DNA from: a virus
Virus record (IMG/VR): IMGVR_UViG_3300045988_168552
DNA: 64,000 bases
Reading direction: 5' to 3' (one strand)
Position 1 is the first letter of the stretch. Each line of letters starts with the position of its first letter. A program made the position numbers and the translations under genes. Positions 50,986-62,600 of this stretch are shown one piece after another. Below the pieces are notes generated by a model. That model made no database searches and was not told where the DNA came from. It worked only from the letters and a program-made list of their open reading frames with translations.

Positions 50986-53892
50986 ATGAACTCACATCTC
51001 TCTATATTAATCAATGATAAGCCTGTGGCGCTCCCCGATGATTTCTCTATAGATATAGAGGATCAGAACCCGGTATTTAACGATACGGAAATGTTCTCCT
51101 ATCCCTTCTCTATCCCGCTAGACGGCAACCGCTGGCTGGTAAAGAACATCGAAGATATTCATGCTGCTATGAAAGCCGTGAATATGGAGCACCTGCCTGT
51201 CAGAATCAATGCCGACGGATTGCCATTCCGCAGCGGTACCCTGGTTATGCAGGATGGTGAGGAGATAACCAATTCTCTCTCTATGAGCATCGATGCCAGC
51301 ACGCAGAGTTTCAGCGAACTTATCAGCGACCTGCAATGTCGTGATATTCCGGTCAAAGACCAGATTATCATCGGCGAGAAAATTGGCAATGTGAGGGTGG
51401 ATATTTGGAGTAACCCGGTAGTAAAAGTCAACCTGCATTCCGATGGCAAGAAAGGTGGAAAGAATACCACCGCCACCGTTACGACCGACCCCTTGAGAGC
51501 TAGTAAGGTACTGGAACCCCAGGCACTCGGTTTCTCCTATCCCGCAAGCTGCAAGGAATATACCTCTACTGATACGGCACACTATATCGGCGATGCCTAC
51601 AACAAGAGTAAGAAATCTTATTCTTCTGGTGCGATAACGATCAATGTACCGCAAGAGACTGCCAACGGCAACTATATTAATACCTCGGCAGCCTATGACG
51701 AGACGGATGGCGCTGGCAGACCTGCTACCTACTGCAATGCCCGAATCTGTTACAAGCATCATGCCCTTGATGATGAAGGGAATACATCGAGTGACCTCAT
51801 CAAAATGGATAAGTGCTCATGGACGAATGAAGACCTCTATCCTTACTGGGTGTTGGATGCCAAACGTCCGCAATCGGGCATCTGCTTCTATGTACTCTAT
51901 TTCCTCGACTGCCTCTTTGCCCATTTGGGTGTAACCTTTGACAAACGCGCATTAATGGAGATAGAGGACCTGAAGCATCTCTGCTTCTTCACCACCGTCT
52001 GCGGTTATGATACTCTCGAACACCCCCATCACGGCGATTATTACGAAGCAAAGGAAATTCAGGATGCCAAGGACATCATCAACAAGGATGGCTATGTAAA
52101 AGGCAGCAATCCCGAAATGGAGATCGTGGCTGCTAAATCCGTAGGCGAAATCAAGACGGGCTTCTTTAAGGATCAGAAGCATATCAATTCCTGGTTGGAG
52201 AGCCGTGGCTGCGGCGGTCAGATTGAAATCACCAAGGCAGAAGATAAGGACGTGCAGGAACTCGAGCTTACGCTGACTGAAAACGGTGTGGCTACCACCC
52301 GCCATATCCAGGTGGGCGAGGTAGTTGCTTTTCCTCCTGGCAAGGGAATGAAAGTAACGGGTATCACCATCGAATCGAATATCAAGAAGTTTGAGGTGCA
52401 GGCAAACGTGCTCTATATGGTTGCCAACAGCGAGAATTTCCCTGACGAGAGCGTGAGCACTGTCATCTCTTCTCTAGAAAACGCATTCGGTATCAAGTTC
52501 TCCTACGATTACGAGCAGAAGAAGGTCACGGCTTATCTCACCCGCGACGTGATGCGAAAGAGCGGCAGAAAGACTAGGGATTTCCACTGCGAAATCCATT
52601 CGATGATTCCGGTGACCGAGAAGATTACCGGTGTGCGTATGCGCTATTCAGCCGAGGAGGATGCTAAGGAACAGAAGAGTTATGTGCGCAACGCCAAGGG
52701 CGAATTGAAGGATTCCAGCTACGATACCGACTATAATTACATTGACTATCCGTTGCCCGATGGTAACTCTAGCAAGATGGGTAGAACCGTTACGGATATG
52801 AAATATATAGAGTTTTTCCATAACATCAACAATCCAGGCGATAATAACTGCTACATCGACCGCAACACCGGCAATGCCTATCGTGTAAAGGTCAATAAGG
52901 AAGCTAAGACTTCCAACGAGCTGAAGCCTGTACTCTTCGAGGTAGGCCAGTTCAAGGGTGTAGAATATGGCGATTGCAGTGATGAGAATGAAGATTTCAT
53001 CCACGATATTTCCATCGACTTCACCCCTGTACCTTTCAACGATGTAAACTATTTCAAGGAGGTAAAGGCAGCCTATGGTTCGCATACCGCTGATGTGACT
53101 GACTTTGAAGGCAAGCCTTTGCTAAAAAGTGTAGTGCAGATTACAGAGGCTCAACAACCTATCCTCTGCGCTTATGTAGATGAGGATATGGAGCATGAGT
53201 TTGTACTGCAGGAGATTAACCAGGTTATCTCTTCTTCTTTCTGTGATTTCTACATGAAACAGAAATTAAAGCTCGTGGAAAGCTACGACCCTTCGGGCAC
53301 GGATGATGGCAACTCACCCTTGCAGGATAAGTCACGATGGGGCTTTGCCATGGCATTAATGCGTGGTGGCGGTAGTGATGCCACCCTGCAACCATACGAT
53401 TATAACTACGACCATTTCGGCACATCCAAATGGCGAACCAATGCAGGACAGTATGCCCTGGCTTGCGATTCGCTGGATATGATGGGCAATGTGTTTGATT
53501 ATAATGGTGTGCAGGAAGGTGTAGGCACCGGCGAACGTTTCTCGCTGAAGATACGAGCCTTCAAGGAACCATCGTGGCTAAAAGATCCGAAGTATAAGGA
53601 TTTGGTGCTCTGCAATGCCGATGAAGTAGATAAAAACGGTAAGGTAGTTAAGAAGGTCCGCTCCCGTGGTCTCTTCGATACCTTCATTCTCCCCTACGCC
53701 TATTTCCTTCTGAACAGAAAGAAGTTTATGATAAGATGCACCACCACCGTAGCGCAAGTGGCTGATATACCGAACCACTGGCAGGATTGGTGGAATATAG
53801 GCGGCATGAAATGTCTCATTGACAAGGTGAATACCACCATTGATGCCAAGACGGGTATGGGCGAAGTAGAGTTAACGGTATATGCTTTATAA
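50986..53892 (+). CDS. large virion protein (baseplate/tail hub candidate)
   Basis: 968 aa. Position is upstream of the tail fibre in the same operon. No motif recognised. Confidence 0.6.
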   Translation: MNSHLSILINDKPVALPDDFSIDIEDQNPVFNDTEMFSYPFSIPLDGNRWLVKNIEDIHAAMKAVNMEHLPVRINADGLPFRSGTLVMQDGEEITNSLSMSIDASTQSFSELISDLQCRDIPVKDQIIIGEKIGNVRVDIWSNPVVKVNLHSDGKKGGKNTTATVTTDPLRASKVLEPQALGFSYPASCKEYTSTDTAHYIGDAYNKSKKSYSSGAITINVPQETANGNYINTSAAYDETDGAGRPATYCNARICYKHHALDDEGNTSSDLIKMDKCSWTNEDLYPYWVLDAKRPQSGICFYVLYFLDCLFAHLGVTFDKRALMEIEDLKHLCFFTTVCGYDTLEHPHHGDYYEAKEIQDAKDIINKDGYVKGSNPEMEIVAAKSVGEIKTGFFKDQKHINSWLESRGCGGQIEITKAEDKDVQELELTLTENGVATTRHIQVGEVVAFPPGKGMKVTGITIESNIKKFEVQANVLYMVANSENFPDESVSTVISSLENAFGIKFSYDYEQKKVTAYLTRDVMRKSGRKTRDFHCEIHSMIPVTEKITGVRMRYSAEEDAKEQKSYVRNAKGELKDSSYDTDYNYIDYPLPDGNSSKMGRTVTDMKYIEFFHNINNPGDNNCYIDRNTGNAYRVKVNKEAKTSNELKPVLFEVGQFKGVEYGDCSDENEDFIHDISIDFTPVPFNDVNYFKEVKAAYGSHTADVTDFEGKPLLKSVVQITEAQQPILCAYVDEDMEHEFVLQEINQVISSSFCDFYMKQKLKLVESYDPSGTDDGNSPLQDKSRWGFAMALMRGGGSDATLQPYDYNYDHFGTSKWRTNAGQYALACDSLDMMGNVFDYNGVQEGVGTGERFSLKIRAFKEPSWLKDPKYKDLVLCNADEVDKNGKVVKKVRSRGLFDTFILPYAYFLLNRKKFMIRCTTTVAQVADIPNHWQDWWNIGGMKCLIDKVNTTIDAKTGMGEVELTVYAL

Positions 53893-53909
53893 CATAAAAA
53901 ACGAAAAAA

Positions 53910-55118
53910 ATGGATAGAAAAATTTTAGTCACTGGAACGGGTATTCATTCTGCCCTAGGCAGAAATACAAAAGAAGTAGCCCTCAATCTTTCCCAGGGCA
54001 AATGCGGTTTGGTTCATGATATGTGCCGCAACTACTATAACTCCGATCTGTGCGGAGACGTACCTAGTTGGGCAGAAGATTATGAGAAAATCCTTACCCA
54101 TGCGCAGAATGCCTGCCTGCCTCTGCATGGTTTCACCGTCCTCAATGCCGTATTTGAAGCGCTGAAGAACGCAAAGGTCAGCAAGGATTTCTTGGAAAAT
54201 CATAACGTTTCCATCATCGTAAGCAATGACTCTGAATGTTATGAGAGCCAAACCGTGGTGGACCATGTGAATAAAAATCGTCACAACCGCTCTTTGCCGG
54301 TAAATACCCTGTTCCGTTCGCTCAACTCCACTATCAGTATGAACCTGGCATCCATCCTCCATATCCACGGCTTATCGCTTACCGTAAGCGCAGCCTGTGC
54401 CGGAGGAGGTCACGCCATCGGTCTTGCCAAGATGCTTCTCGATAGCAAGCAGACGGAAATGGTAATCGTGATTGGCGCGCAGGAATGCGAATCTAATTAC
54501 TGCATGGAAGCTTTCGATGCTCTCGGTGTTTTCTCACCCGATAATGTGCAGCCGTTTGGTAAAGGCAGAAATGGATTGGCACCATCAGGTGGTGCAGCCT
54601 GCATCATCCTTGAACCATCGGATAGTTTTCGTCTGAAAGAAGAGAAGGTGTATTCCTTCGCTTCTCTTTCCGGCTATGGCTTCTCTACCAATGGAAAAGC
54701 CATCACTACTCCTGATACCTATCAGGAAGAAGTATCTATGCTGAATGCTATCGAGAACGCAGGTCTGGACGAAGGTATGATAGACGTAGTACTTGCTCAT
54801 GCTACCGGTACCCCGATGGGCGATGAAGCCGAGGCAAAGGCAATAGAGAAGGTCTTTCCTATCTGTCCGAACGTAGTAGCCACAAAAGGCTTAACGGGTC
54901 ACGAGTGCTGGATGGCAGGCGTATCGCAAGCCGTGCAAGCCGTGATGATGCTCACCTACGGCCGTCTTTTTGGCGCTGTAACCACCGAGGAGAATGCCTT
55001 CCCATCCCTCAATCTTGTGATGCGCCCGAAGTCCTATGCTCCTCACCATATTCTCTGTAACGCCTTCGGTTTTGGCGGTACCAATTCATCCTTTATCATC
55101 TCAAAAGCATTGTTATGA
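53910..55118 (+). CDS. beta-ketoacyl-ACP synthase, KAS I/II (FabB/FabF-like) class
   Basis: 402 aa. ILVTGTGIHSALG, active-site Cys in SAACAGGGHAIGLA, PFGKGRNGLAPSGGAA, His in AHATGTPMGDEAE, ATKGLTGHECWMAG, NAFGFGGTNSS. Consistent with a Cys-His-His triad. Confidence 0.9.
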   Translation: MDRKILVTGTGIHSALGRNTKEVALNLSQGKCGLVHDMCRNYYNSDLCGDVPSWAEDYEKILTHAQNACLPLHGFTVLNAVFEALKNAKVSKDFLENHNVSIIVSNDSECYESQTVVDHVNKNRHNRSLPVNTLFRSLNSTISMNLASILHIHGLSLTVSAACAGGGHAIGLAKMLLDSKQTEMVIVIGAQECESNYCMEAFDALGVFSPDNVQPFGKGRNGLAPSGGAACIILEPSDSFRLKEEKVYSFASLSGYGFSTNGKAITTPDTYQEEVSMLNAIENAGLDEGMIDVVLAHATGTPMGDEAEAKAIEKVFPICPNVVATKGLTGHECWMAGVSQAVQAVMMLTYGRLFGAVTTEENAFPSLNLVMRPKSYAPHHILCNAFGFGGTNSSFIISKALL

Positions 55119-55360
55119 AAAAAGAAGAAATAACTCCTCGCATTATCGCCATCGTAAACAGCCTGAAAACCTCGTGGGTCGGTTGCGAGGTAACAGAACA
55201 CTCCAATCTCCGTGATGAGGTCCAGCTGGAATCCATCGATTTCCTCGATCTCATTCAACAGGTAGAAATGATGTTTCACATCAAGATCACCCCTGAAGAG
55301 GCAAAAGACTGCAAGCTCGTTTCCGATGTAGTCAATCTCGTAATTAAAAAGAAAGAATAA
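55115..55360 (+). CDS. acyl carrier protein
   Basis: 81 aa. ATGA overlap with the KAS stop. EVQLESIDFLDLIQQVEMMFHIKITPEE matches the ACP helix-II DSLD/phosphopantetheine-Ser region. Confidence 0.8.
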   Translation: MKKEEITPRIIAIVNSLKTSWVGCEVTEHSNLRDEVQLESIDFLDLIQQVEMMFHIKITPEEAKDCKLVSDVVNLVIKKKE

Positions 55361-55361
55361 T

Positions 55362-56411
55362 ATGGCAAAGAAAATTAATCTCACGTCGGGTTCCATTTTT
55401 GCCGGAAACCCCATCACCTTCACCATCCAGCCCGAAACGCTGGATAGCCCCTCCTTCCACCGTGTCATCATAGAAGTAAACTTTGATAACGGAGGAAGCT
55501 ACGAAACCGTGAAGCTCACGGTACCCGTCACCACCGAAGGCAATAACGTAGCCCTGGATGTCTCCTCTGCACTCCGCATCCCCCTCGACAATTTCCCGTA
55601 CACCGCCACCACAAAAACCTTCCCGCTCGTAAGATGGTACATAAAAGCCTACGATGAGTATATGAACAAAAACGGCGAAGTGCATACCAGTGTAGGCGAG
55701 GTCTATTATCCACAGAAGCCTGTCGCAGGTACCGATACTGACCTTCGCTGCATAGCAGGAGCCATGTCGGATATGGAGCGCATTCTATCCAATCCATCCC
55801 CAGCAGTAAAAGACTTTTCCCGAAAGCCAACCTCTATCCCCGAAGTCACCGTTGTAGGCGAATCCTTCTCCTACCCAGTCTCCTATGCCTCTTCACAGAT
55901 ATTGGCATCCAGCACTGCACTCACCGCTCCTACCTCTTCCGAACAGAAAATCACAAAGGAAGGTTCGCAGACTATTGGCGGTCACGCCCTCTATGCTCTG
56001 CCATCCTCGGAAGCTGAAAACCGCAGTACCTTCCGCTTCATCAATGCCCGTGGCTGCCTGGAGAGCATCAATATCCCGAAAGCCTACAGCAAGAAGCTTT
56101 CGGTAGAAACCACTCCTTATACGATAGCCGTGCAGGAAACCTTCAATACCTTCTCCCGGTCCGCTATCAAGAAGCAGAATAACCGTGAGTCGTGGCTTTA
56201 TCAGAGCGACCCCCTCGATACCGCCTGGCTCTACTGGTACCTTCACGAGTTTCTGATGAGTGAGCACGTATGGCTGAAGGTAAAAGATACCTGGCTCTCC
56301 TGCACAATCACCCAGGAAGACGAGATAATGATCAGCGATTCCACCACGCAGAATATGTACTCCGTTTCCTTCACAGTCAAGCTCGACATCAACGGAAGTC
56401 CCTACCTCTAG
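55362..56411 (+). CDS. hypothetical tail-associated protein
   Basis: 349 aa. Starts 1 nt after the ACP stop. Confidence 0.6.
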   Translation: MAKKINLTSGSIFAGNPITFTIQPETLDSPSFHRVIIEVNFDNGGSYETVKLTVPVTTEGNNVALDVSSALRIPLDNFPYTATTKTFPLVRWYIKAYDEYMNKNGEVHTSVGEVYYPQKPVAGTDTDLRCIAGAMSDMERILSNPSPAVKDFSRKPTSIPEVTVVGESFSYPVSYASSQILASSTALTAPTSSEQKITKEGSQTIGGHALYALPSSEAENRSTFRFINARGCLESINIPKAYSKKLSVETTPYTIAVQETFNTFSRSAIKKQNNRESWLYQSDPLDTAWLYWYLHEFLMSEHVWLKVKDTWLSCTITQEDEIMISDSTTQNMYSVSFTVKLDINGSPYL

Positions 56412-56440
56412 CCAGTACTCCCTGCAGTCCTTATCATCGC

Positions 56441-56532
56441 CTATACGCCCTGAAGGGGCAGCAGCTCCTAGCCCAGGGTAACACCCTGGGTAATGGCAGC
56501 ATCATCAATGCGCCCTGAAAGGGCAAAAGCTT
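56441..56532 (-). repeat. GC-rich REP-like triple-hairpin element, copy B (inverted relative to copy A)
   Basis: The reverse complement aligns with 27415..27506 at roughly 85 percent identity by eye, with small indels. Confidence 0.85.
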
Positions 56533-56561
56533 TTTGTCCCACCTAAAACTGCAAAAACCTT

Positions 56562-56569
56562 TATCTTTG
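56562..56569 (+). promoter_or_regulatory. putative -7 box (TAnnTTTG)
   Basis: TATCTTTG about 34 nt upstream of ATG 56603. Confidence 0.45.
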
Positions 56570-56602
56570 CCCTATAAATGAATAAAAATCCAAACAAAAA
56601 AA

Positions 56603-59600
56603 ATGGCAACAGAAGCAAAGAATACAAACTATTGGATTTCGAGCAGTGCGCTCTACATCCAGCTTAATGCGATGGGTGAGCCAGACTACATCCAGTGTAG
56701 CGTAGTCTCCGGCGCATCCATCCTCTGCTATATGCAGGGCATTCCGGGTCTGGAGTATGATGCCGGTCACAACTACCAGCGCTGGCCTCTTGCTGCCTAC
56801 CCTTCCGTCTTCCCTGATTCCGAGCGGAAGTACATCTATGCAGCCATCCCCCGCACGAGCACCGCCGACAACAATACCGCCGTGGTGGTATATCCGAGCG
56901 AGCGCATCGACCTGTACGGCTACTCTATCGCCAATCCCGACAAGCTGGTAGGCGACGAGAGATTCTACTACATCTATCTGCAGGGCATCATCTCTGAAGT
57001 GAAGACGGATGCTGATGGCAAGACCCGCAAGCGTAATTGGCTCCAGCACGTGGATTGTGGAAAACTGAATACCGACGAATCCCTTTCGAGCGGTATCGAT
57101 GGCTCCTGGTGGAAGTATAATTCCGTCACCGATTCCATCTCCTTCCTCAAAACCATCCTCTCTGCCACCTTTGATACGCAGACTGCCAAGGTTGCGAAAA
57201 TCACGAAGCTGTTCCTGGGGGGTAGCGAGTTGAACGGCGTAGCCGATGATCTCAGCCTGGAAACGGATAACACGAAGGTGGTTACTCCTCTATATCTGGG
57301 TCAGTTTGGCGTGAAGCATTTCCTGGCGAAAGACAAGGATGATGTAGCCCATGGCACGATTACCTTCGAGAAGGTGCAGAAGTTCCTGGCAGGTCTGAAT
57401 GTGGGTGATTTCAACTCAGAGAACGGCGGTTCGTGGACTCCCGATATAGAAGGTCGCTCGCATCTCATCACCGACTACCTGGAGGTGAGGATGAAGGCTA
57501 TATTCGAGGAGCTTGTAATCAAGAAAACCTCCACCATCGGTGGTAAGGAGATTCTGTCTCCTGCTGGAGGCGTGGTGGCTCATAAGGTAGAAGAGGTTAC
57601 TGTGACATATAATAATTTGTCACAGAAGGCTTATCGCTGCTATTTCTTAGCAGAACAGGAAGACGATGCCGTGGATAATGATTTCGCTATTGGCGACCAA
57701 GTGCGTTCTGAGTCATTCAACGTTCGCAAGGGCACTTACCACAAAGTTGGCAATCACTTTTACTGGCGATTGGTAATCGGTCGTGATGAGGAACCTGTGG
57801 AGTTGGAAGGAAAGAAGTATCACTACATCGACCTCTCCGATACCGATTGCGCTACGGCAAGCGATGTTCCTGCTAAAGGTGATGTGTTGTCGCAGTGCGG
57901 TAACAGAACCGATGTAGAGCGTCAGAACTGCCTTATCTTCTCGGCGGTAGATACCTATTCGCCATCCGTCAGCCTCTATCACGGCATAAATAGCTATTCC
58001 TTTGCAAATAAAGAGTACGTGGAGTATGGCGTAAACAAGCAGACCAACAAGGCTTTCTTTAACGTCTATGGCGATATGTATGTAGGCGACCGACCTACAA
58101 AGGAGAATGGCTATGAGGGTAGTAGCTACATCAAGTATGACAGCGCAGCCAAGCAGGTATCTGTTAAAGGCAAAATCTCAGCCAAATCAACCGTGGATGG
58201 CAAGGAATTGTCTCAGTATATCAAGGAGAACTCAGCAGGAGGCTTAACCGAGGAGCAGGTGAACAATCTCATCAAGAACTCGCAGGTGATAGCCGACCTT
58301 CAGAATCAGGTTGACGGAGCTATCGAGACGTGGTTTTACGATGGTGTGCCTACTTTGAAGAATGCGCCAGCAAGCAGTTGGACGACCGATAAGGATAAAG
58401 ATACCCATCTCGGCGACCTTTACTACGACAACAAGACGGGCAAGGCATACCGCTTTGCCAAGGATGGAAACACCTATAAGTGGACAATCATCACGGATAC
58501 TGATATTGCCAAAGCTCTTTCTGATGCCAGCAAGGCACAGGAGACCGCAGATGGCAAGATGAAGGTATTTAGTGCTCAGCCTATTCCGCCTTATCAGTTG
58601 GGCGACATTTGGGTAAACGCTACCTATCCTACAGATGGCAGCATCTACAAGAATGAAATCCTGCGCTGCCAGACTGCCAAGGCAAAAGGTTCGTCATTTG
58701 CCATCGCTGACTGGACTAAGGCTTCCAAGTACACCGATGATTCTGCCCTCAATACCTTCAAGGAAGAGTACAAGAACGATATGGCTAGCTACAAGGAGCA
58801 GCTTGATGAGAAAGTGGAGACCTGGTTCTACAACTATGCTCCTACTACTCAGAATAAGCCTGCTTCCGACTGGACTACCGATACGTTGAAGTCGCAGCAC
58901 GCTGGCGACCTGTTCTACAATACGTCAAATGGTTACACATACCGATGGACGGGTACGGCATGGGCGAGAATCAAGGATAACGACATCAACACTGCTATGA
59001 CCGCAGCAAGCAAGGCGCAGGACACGGCAGATGGAAAGCGTACCGTTTTCACCTCTCAGCCTACTGTTCCTTATGACGAGGGCGATTTGTGGGCTAGCGG
59101 CGGAGATGATGGCAAGACTTTGATGGTGTGCGTTAAGAGTAGAGTCACTGGCAGTTTCACCTCATCAGAATGGGTAAAGGCTAATGATTCCGACCTCAAC
59201 GCATTCGCCAAGACCATAGAGGAAAGCTTGAATGGAATACGAGACCAGCTCGACAAGAAGGCTGAGACTTGGTATCAGGCAACCGACCCGAGTACATCCT
59301 GGACTACCGATGATGCGAAGAAGGAGCATAAGGGCGACCTGTGGTATAACACAAGCAACAACCAGACTTTCTTTTGGAATGGTACGAAATGGGATAAGCA
59401 GGACGTGCCTACCGAGGTCTTCGACAAGATAGATGGCAAATCCAGCATCTATGTAAGCAAGCCTGCATCCTATGAGGAACGTGACCTCTGGATTTTGGAA
59501 GCAGCATATACCCTCGGTGGTGTTGCATATTCCAAGGGCGAGCTTGTCGTGGCAACCAAGACCAATGCTTCATTCAGCGCAGCCGATTGGACAAAGAAGG

Positions 59601-62600
59601 TTAAGTACACAGATGATACTGTAGCGAACGCCGCCAAAAAGGCAGCAGAGAAGGCTCAGAAGGCGGCAGAAAAGGCGCAGGGTGACATCAGCAAATTAGG
59701 AACTACCGTAACTGACAACAAAAAGGCATTCGATAACTACGTAACAGATGGCTATCTAGAGCCTTCCGAGATTGCGGCTATGGCGCAGGATTCCAAGCGA
59801 CTTGAAGATGCTTTTGCAGCCGCCGAGAAGTCTTACACTGAGGTAAAGGGAGCAGAGGTACTGGCGAACACCAAGGAACTCACTGACCTCAAAACTGCTT
59901 TTGCAACACTCACTACTGCCAAGACGGAACTCGTCACGTATCTCTCCGATATTTCGGCAAGATATAATAAGGCTGATACTAACGGCAAGGCAACCATCGT
60001 CTCAGCAGTGGGAACGAAATTTACCAACTTCCAGGGTGCGTATTCGGCTTTCTACGACAAACTGGGTCTGGCGAACGCATATATCACTCGCAAGATATAT
60101 GGCGACCTCGGTGTAGTTATAGGTGACGTAACCAGCCTTGCTTATTTAAAGAAGGCTCTGATGGATACTCCCGATACTGAGATTAACGGAGGTCTGATTC
60201 TTACATCACTCATCGGTTTGCGAGACACGGGCGGAAACACTACGGCAGGTATCAATGGTATAACGGAGAAGTCTGCAAAGGGAGGCGGCATCGCTGCTTG
60301 GTTCGGTGGCGAAATGGTTGATAAGGACTACAACGATGGCTCGAAAACTCCTGCTAACACCATCTTCCGCTTCGATGGCTCGGGCTATGTGGCAGGCGGC
60401 GCAATCTGGTGGGGAACAGATGGTAGGGTTCATGCAGACCCGACATCGTTTATCATCAGCGAGAAGAACTTGGGTGCATACCTCACCTTCTTTGAACCAA
60501 CATGGAAGTCAGGAAGTGCAGGAACGAGCGTTGCCGACCTTGTGTCGCTGAAGCCAAACGCACCATTTTCCAAACTTGGTGTATCGGGCGATGCTACATT
60601 CGAGGGTGCAATCACCTTTCACGGAATCAGCATCACGTATGATGCGACCAACAAGGCTATCAAGATAGATGGTAATCTCTATGCCACAGGCGGTATCACA
60701 GCATACGGAGCAGGAACGTCAACATCAGGTGGCGGCGGATTGAATGGTAGTGTAAAGAGCTATGCAGATGCCTTGAAGCTCACATCAGAATCGCTGTCTG
60801 AGGTTGCTTCTGCCTACTCCATCAAGGCTCTCAGCAGACGAATTGATAACATTGCTACAGAGCTTGGTGGTCTTAGCCTCTCTTGGGATAACATCACTGG
60901 CAAACCATCTACGTTTGCACCTAGTGCGCACACTCATAAGTGGGCTGAAATCACCGACCGCATCACGAAGGTAAGCCAACTTACTAATGATAGCGGTTAT
61001 ACAAAGAATACTGGTACTGTTACATCTGTTAGTCTTACTCTTCCTGCTGGTTTGACTTGTGCAACAAAGACCATCACAACAAGTGGTACGTTTGCCATCA
61101 GTCTTGCTTCTGGTTACTCTATTCCAACAACAACTAAACAAAGTTCTTGGGATAGTGCTGTATCAGTAAAACATAGTCATAGTAATAAATCTGTATTAGA
61201 CGGTATTTCGTCCGCAAAGGTAACTCATTGGGATAGTGCCTACGACTGGTATGCTCTTATGACTACTGACGAGGAGACTGCGGACGGCATTATCAATAAG
61301 TGGAACGAGGTAGTGAGCTTCCTCGCAAATATTGCACAGACTGACACTTTGAGCGGTATTGTTGACGGAATCAATAAGTCTATATCTGACGAGGTAACAA
61401 GAGCGAAAAAGGCAGAAGGGGTAAATGCTTCGGGCATATCAGCCAATAAGACGAGTATCACCACCTTGCAGGGCTACTTCACCAACGGCTCAGCGAAGAA
61501 GGCTCTCCAGCTCACGAATGCTCGCAAGCTTTGGGGTAACTCGTTTAACGGTACTGCCGATATTAACGGAAGCATCATCTTGCCTAGTGGAAAGTATATC
61601 TCCATCGGTAACATCAAGTTGGAGTATGATGCAGCTAATAAGGCGCTGAAGATTACGAATACTACGACCGAAGAGGTGGCTAACCTCTACACAAGTGGTG
61701 GTGTTTCTGCCTATGGTGTGGGAACATCATCATCAAGTGGCGGTGGTCTCAACGGCTCTGTAAAGGCTTATGCTGATGCTATCAGGCTTACTACTGAAAA
61801 CCTTTCAGAGATTGCTTCTGCATACTCAGTAGCAAAGCTCTATTCGGAGATTCAGAATGTGGCAAGTGCTGTTCCTAGTATCAGCGTGTTTGTGCCAACT
61901 GGCGGAAATGCCCTCACTGGTGCAACCTATGATGCAAGTACTGGTGTAATTACTTTCGCGAAGGGTACGTTCCTCACGGCTCATCAGTCTCTCGATGGTT
62001 ACGTTAATGCGATAGCAGTTAGCGGAAGTGGAAATGCCGTTACTGCCGTTACAAAGAGCGGCAAGACCATCACCTTCACGAAGGGTGCTACATATCTCAC
62101 CTCGCATCAGAGTTTAAGTAATTATTACACCAAGAGTAGTGTAGATTCTCTTCTTAATGGTAAGTCTGCTACTACTCATACACATAGTGTAAAGATTAAC
62201 GGTATCACTAAAACCATTGCGGCTAGTGGTGGAGATGCTGTAGATTTGGGAACTTATCTCACAACACATCAAAGTCTCGCAGCTTATGCAACTCAGAATT
62301 GGGTTAAAAATGAAGCTACTGCTCATAACGCAGATATGGTAGATAATTATCACGCTAGTGGTTTGTTTACTGGTTTCAGTATTTCTGATGTTGCAAACAA
62401 GGTTACTATTAGTATTGGTGGAACTTCTAAAGCACTGAATTTAGTAAGAGCTTTTCCTAGTGGTGTTGGACACAATTTTAACGATATTGCAACACACGGG
62501 AATAGTATGGGTATGTCTAATATTGCAGCACCTTATGCTAGTTCTACAGATAACTATCAAACGTTGAATGGTTATGTTAATCCTAATGGACAAACTGGTT

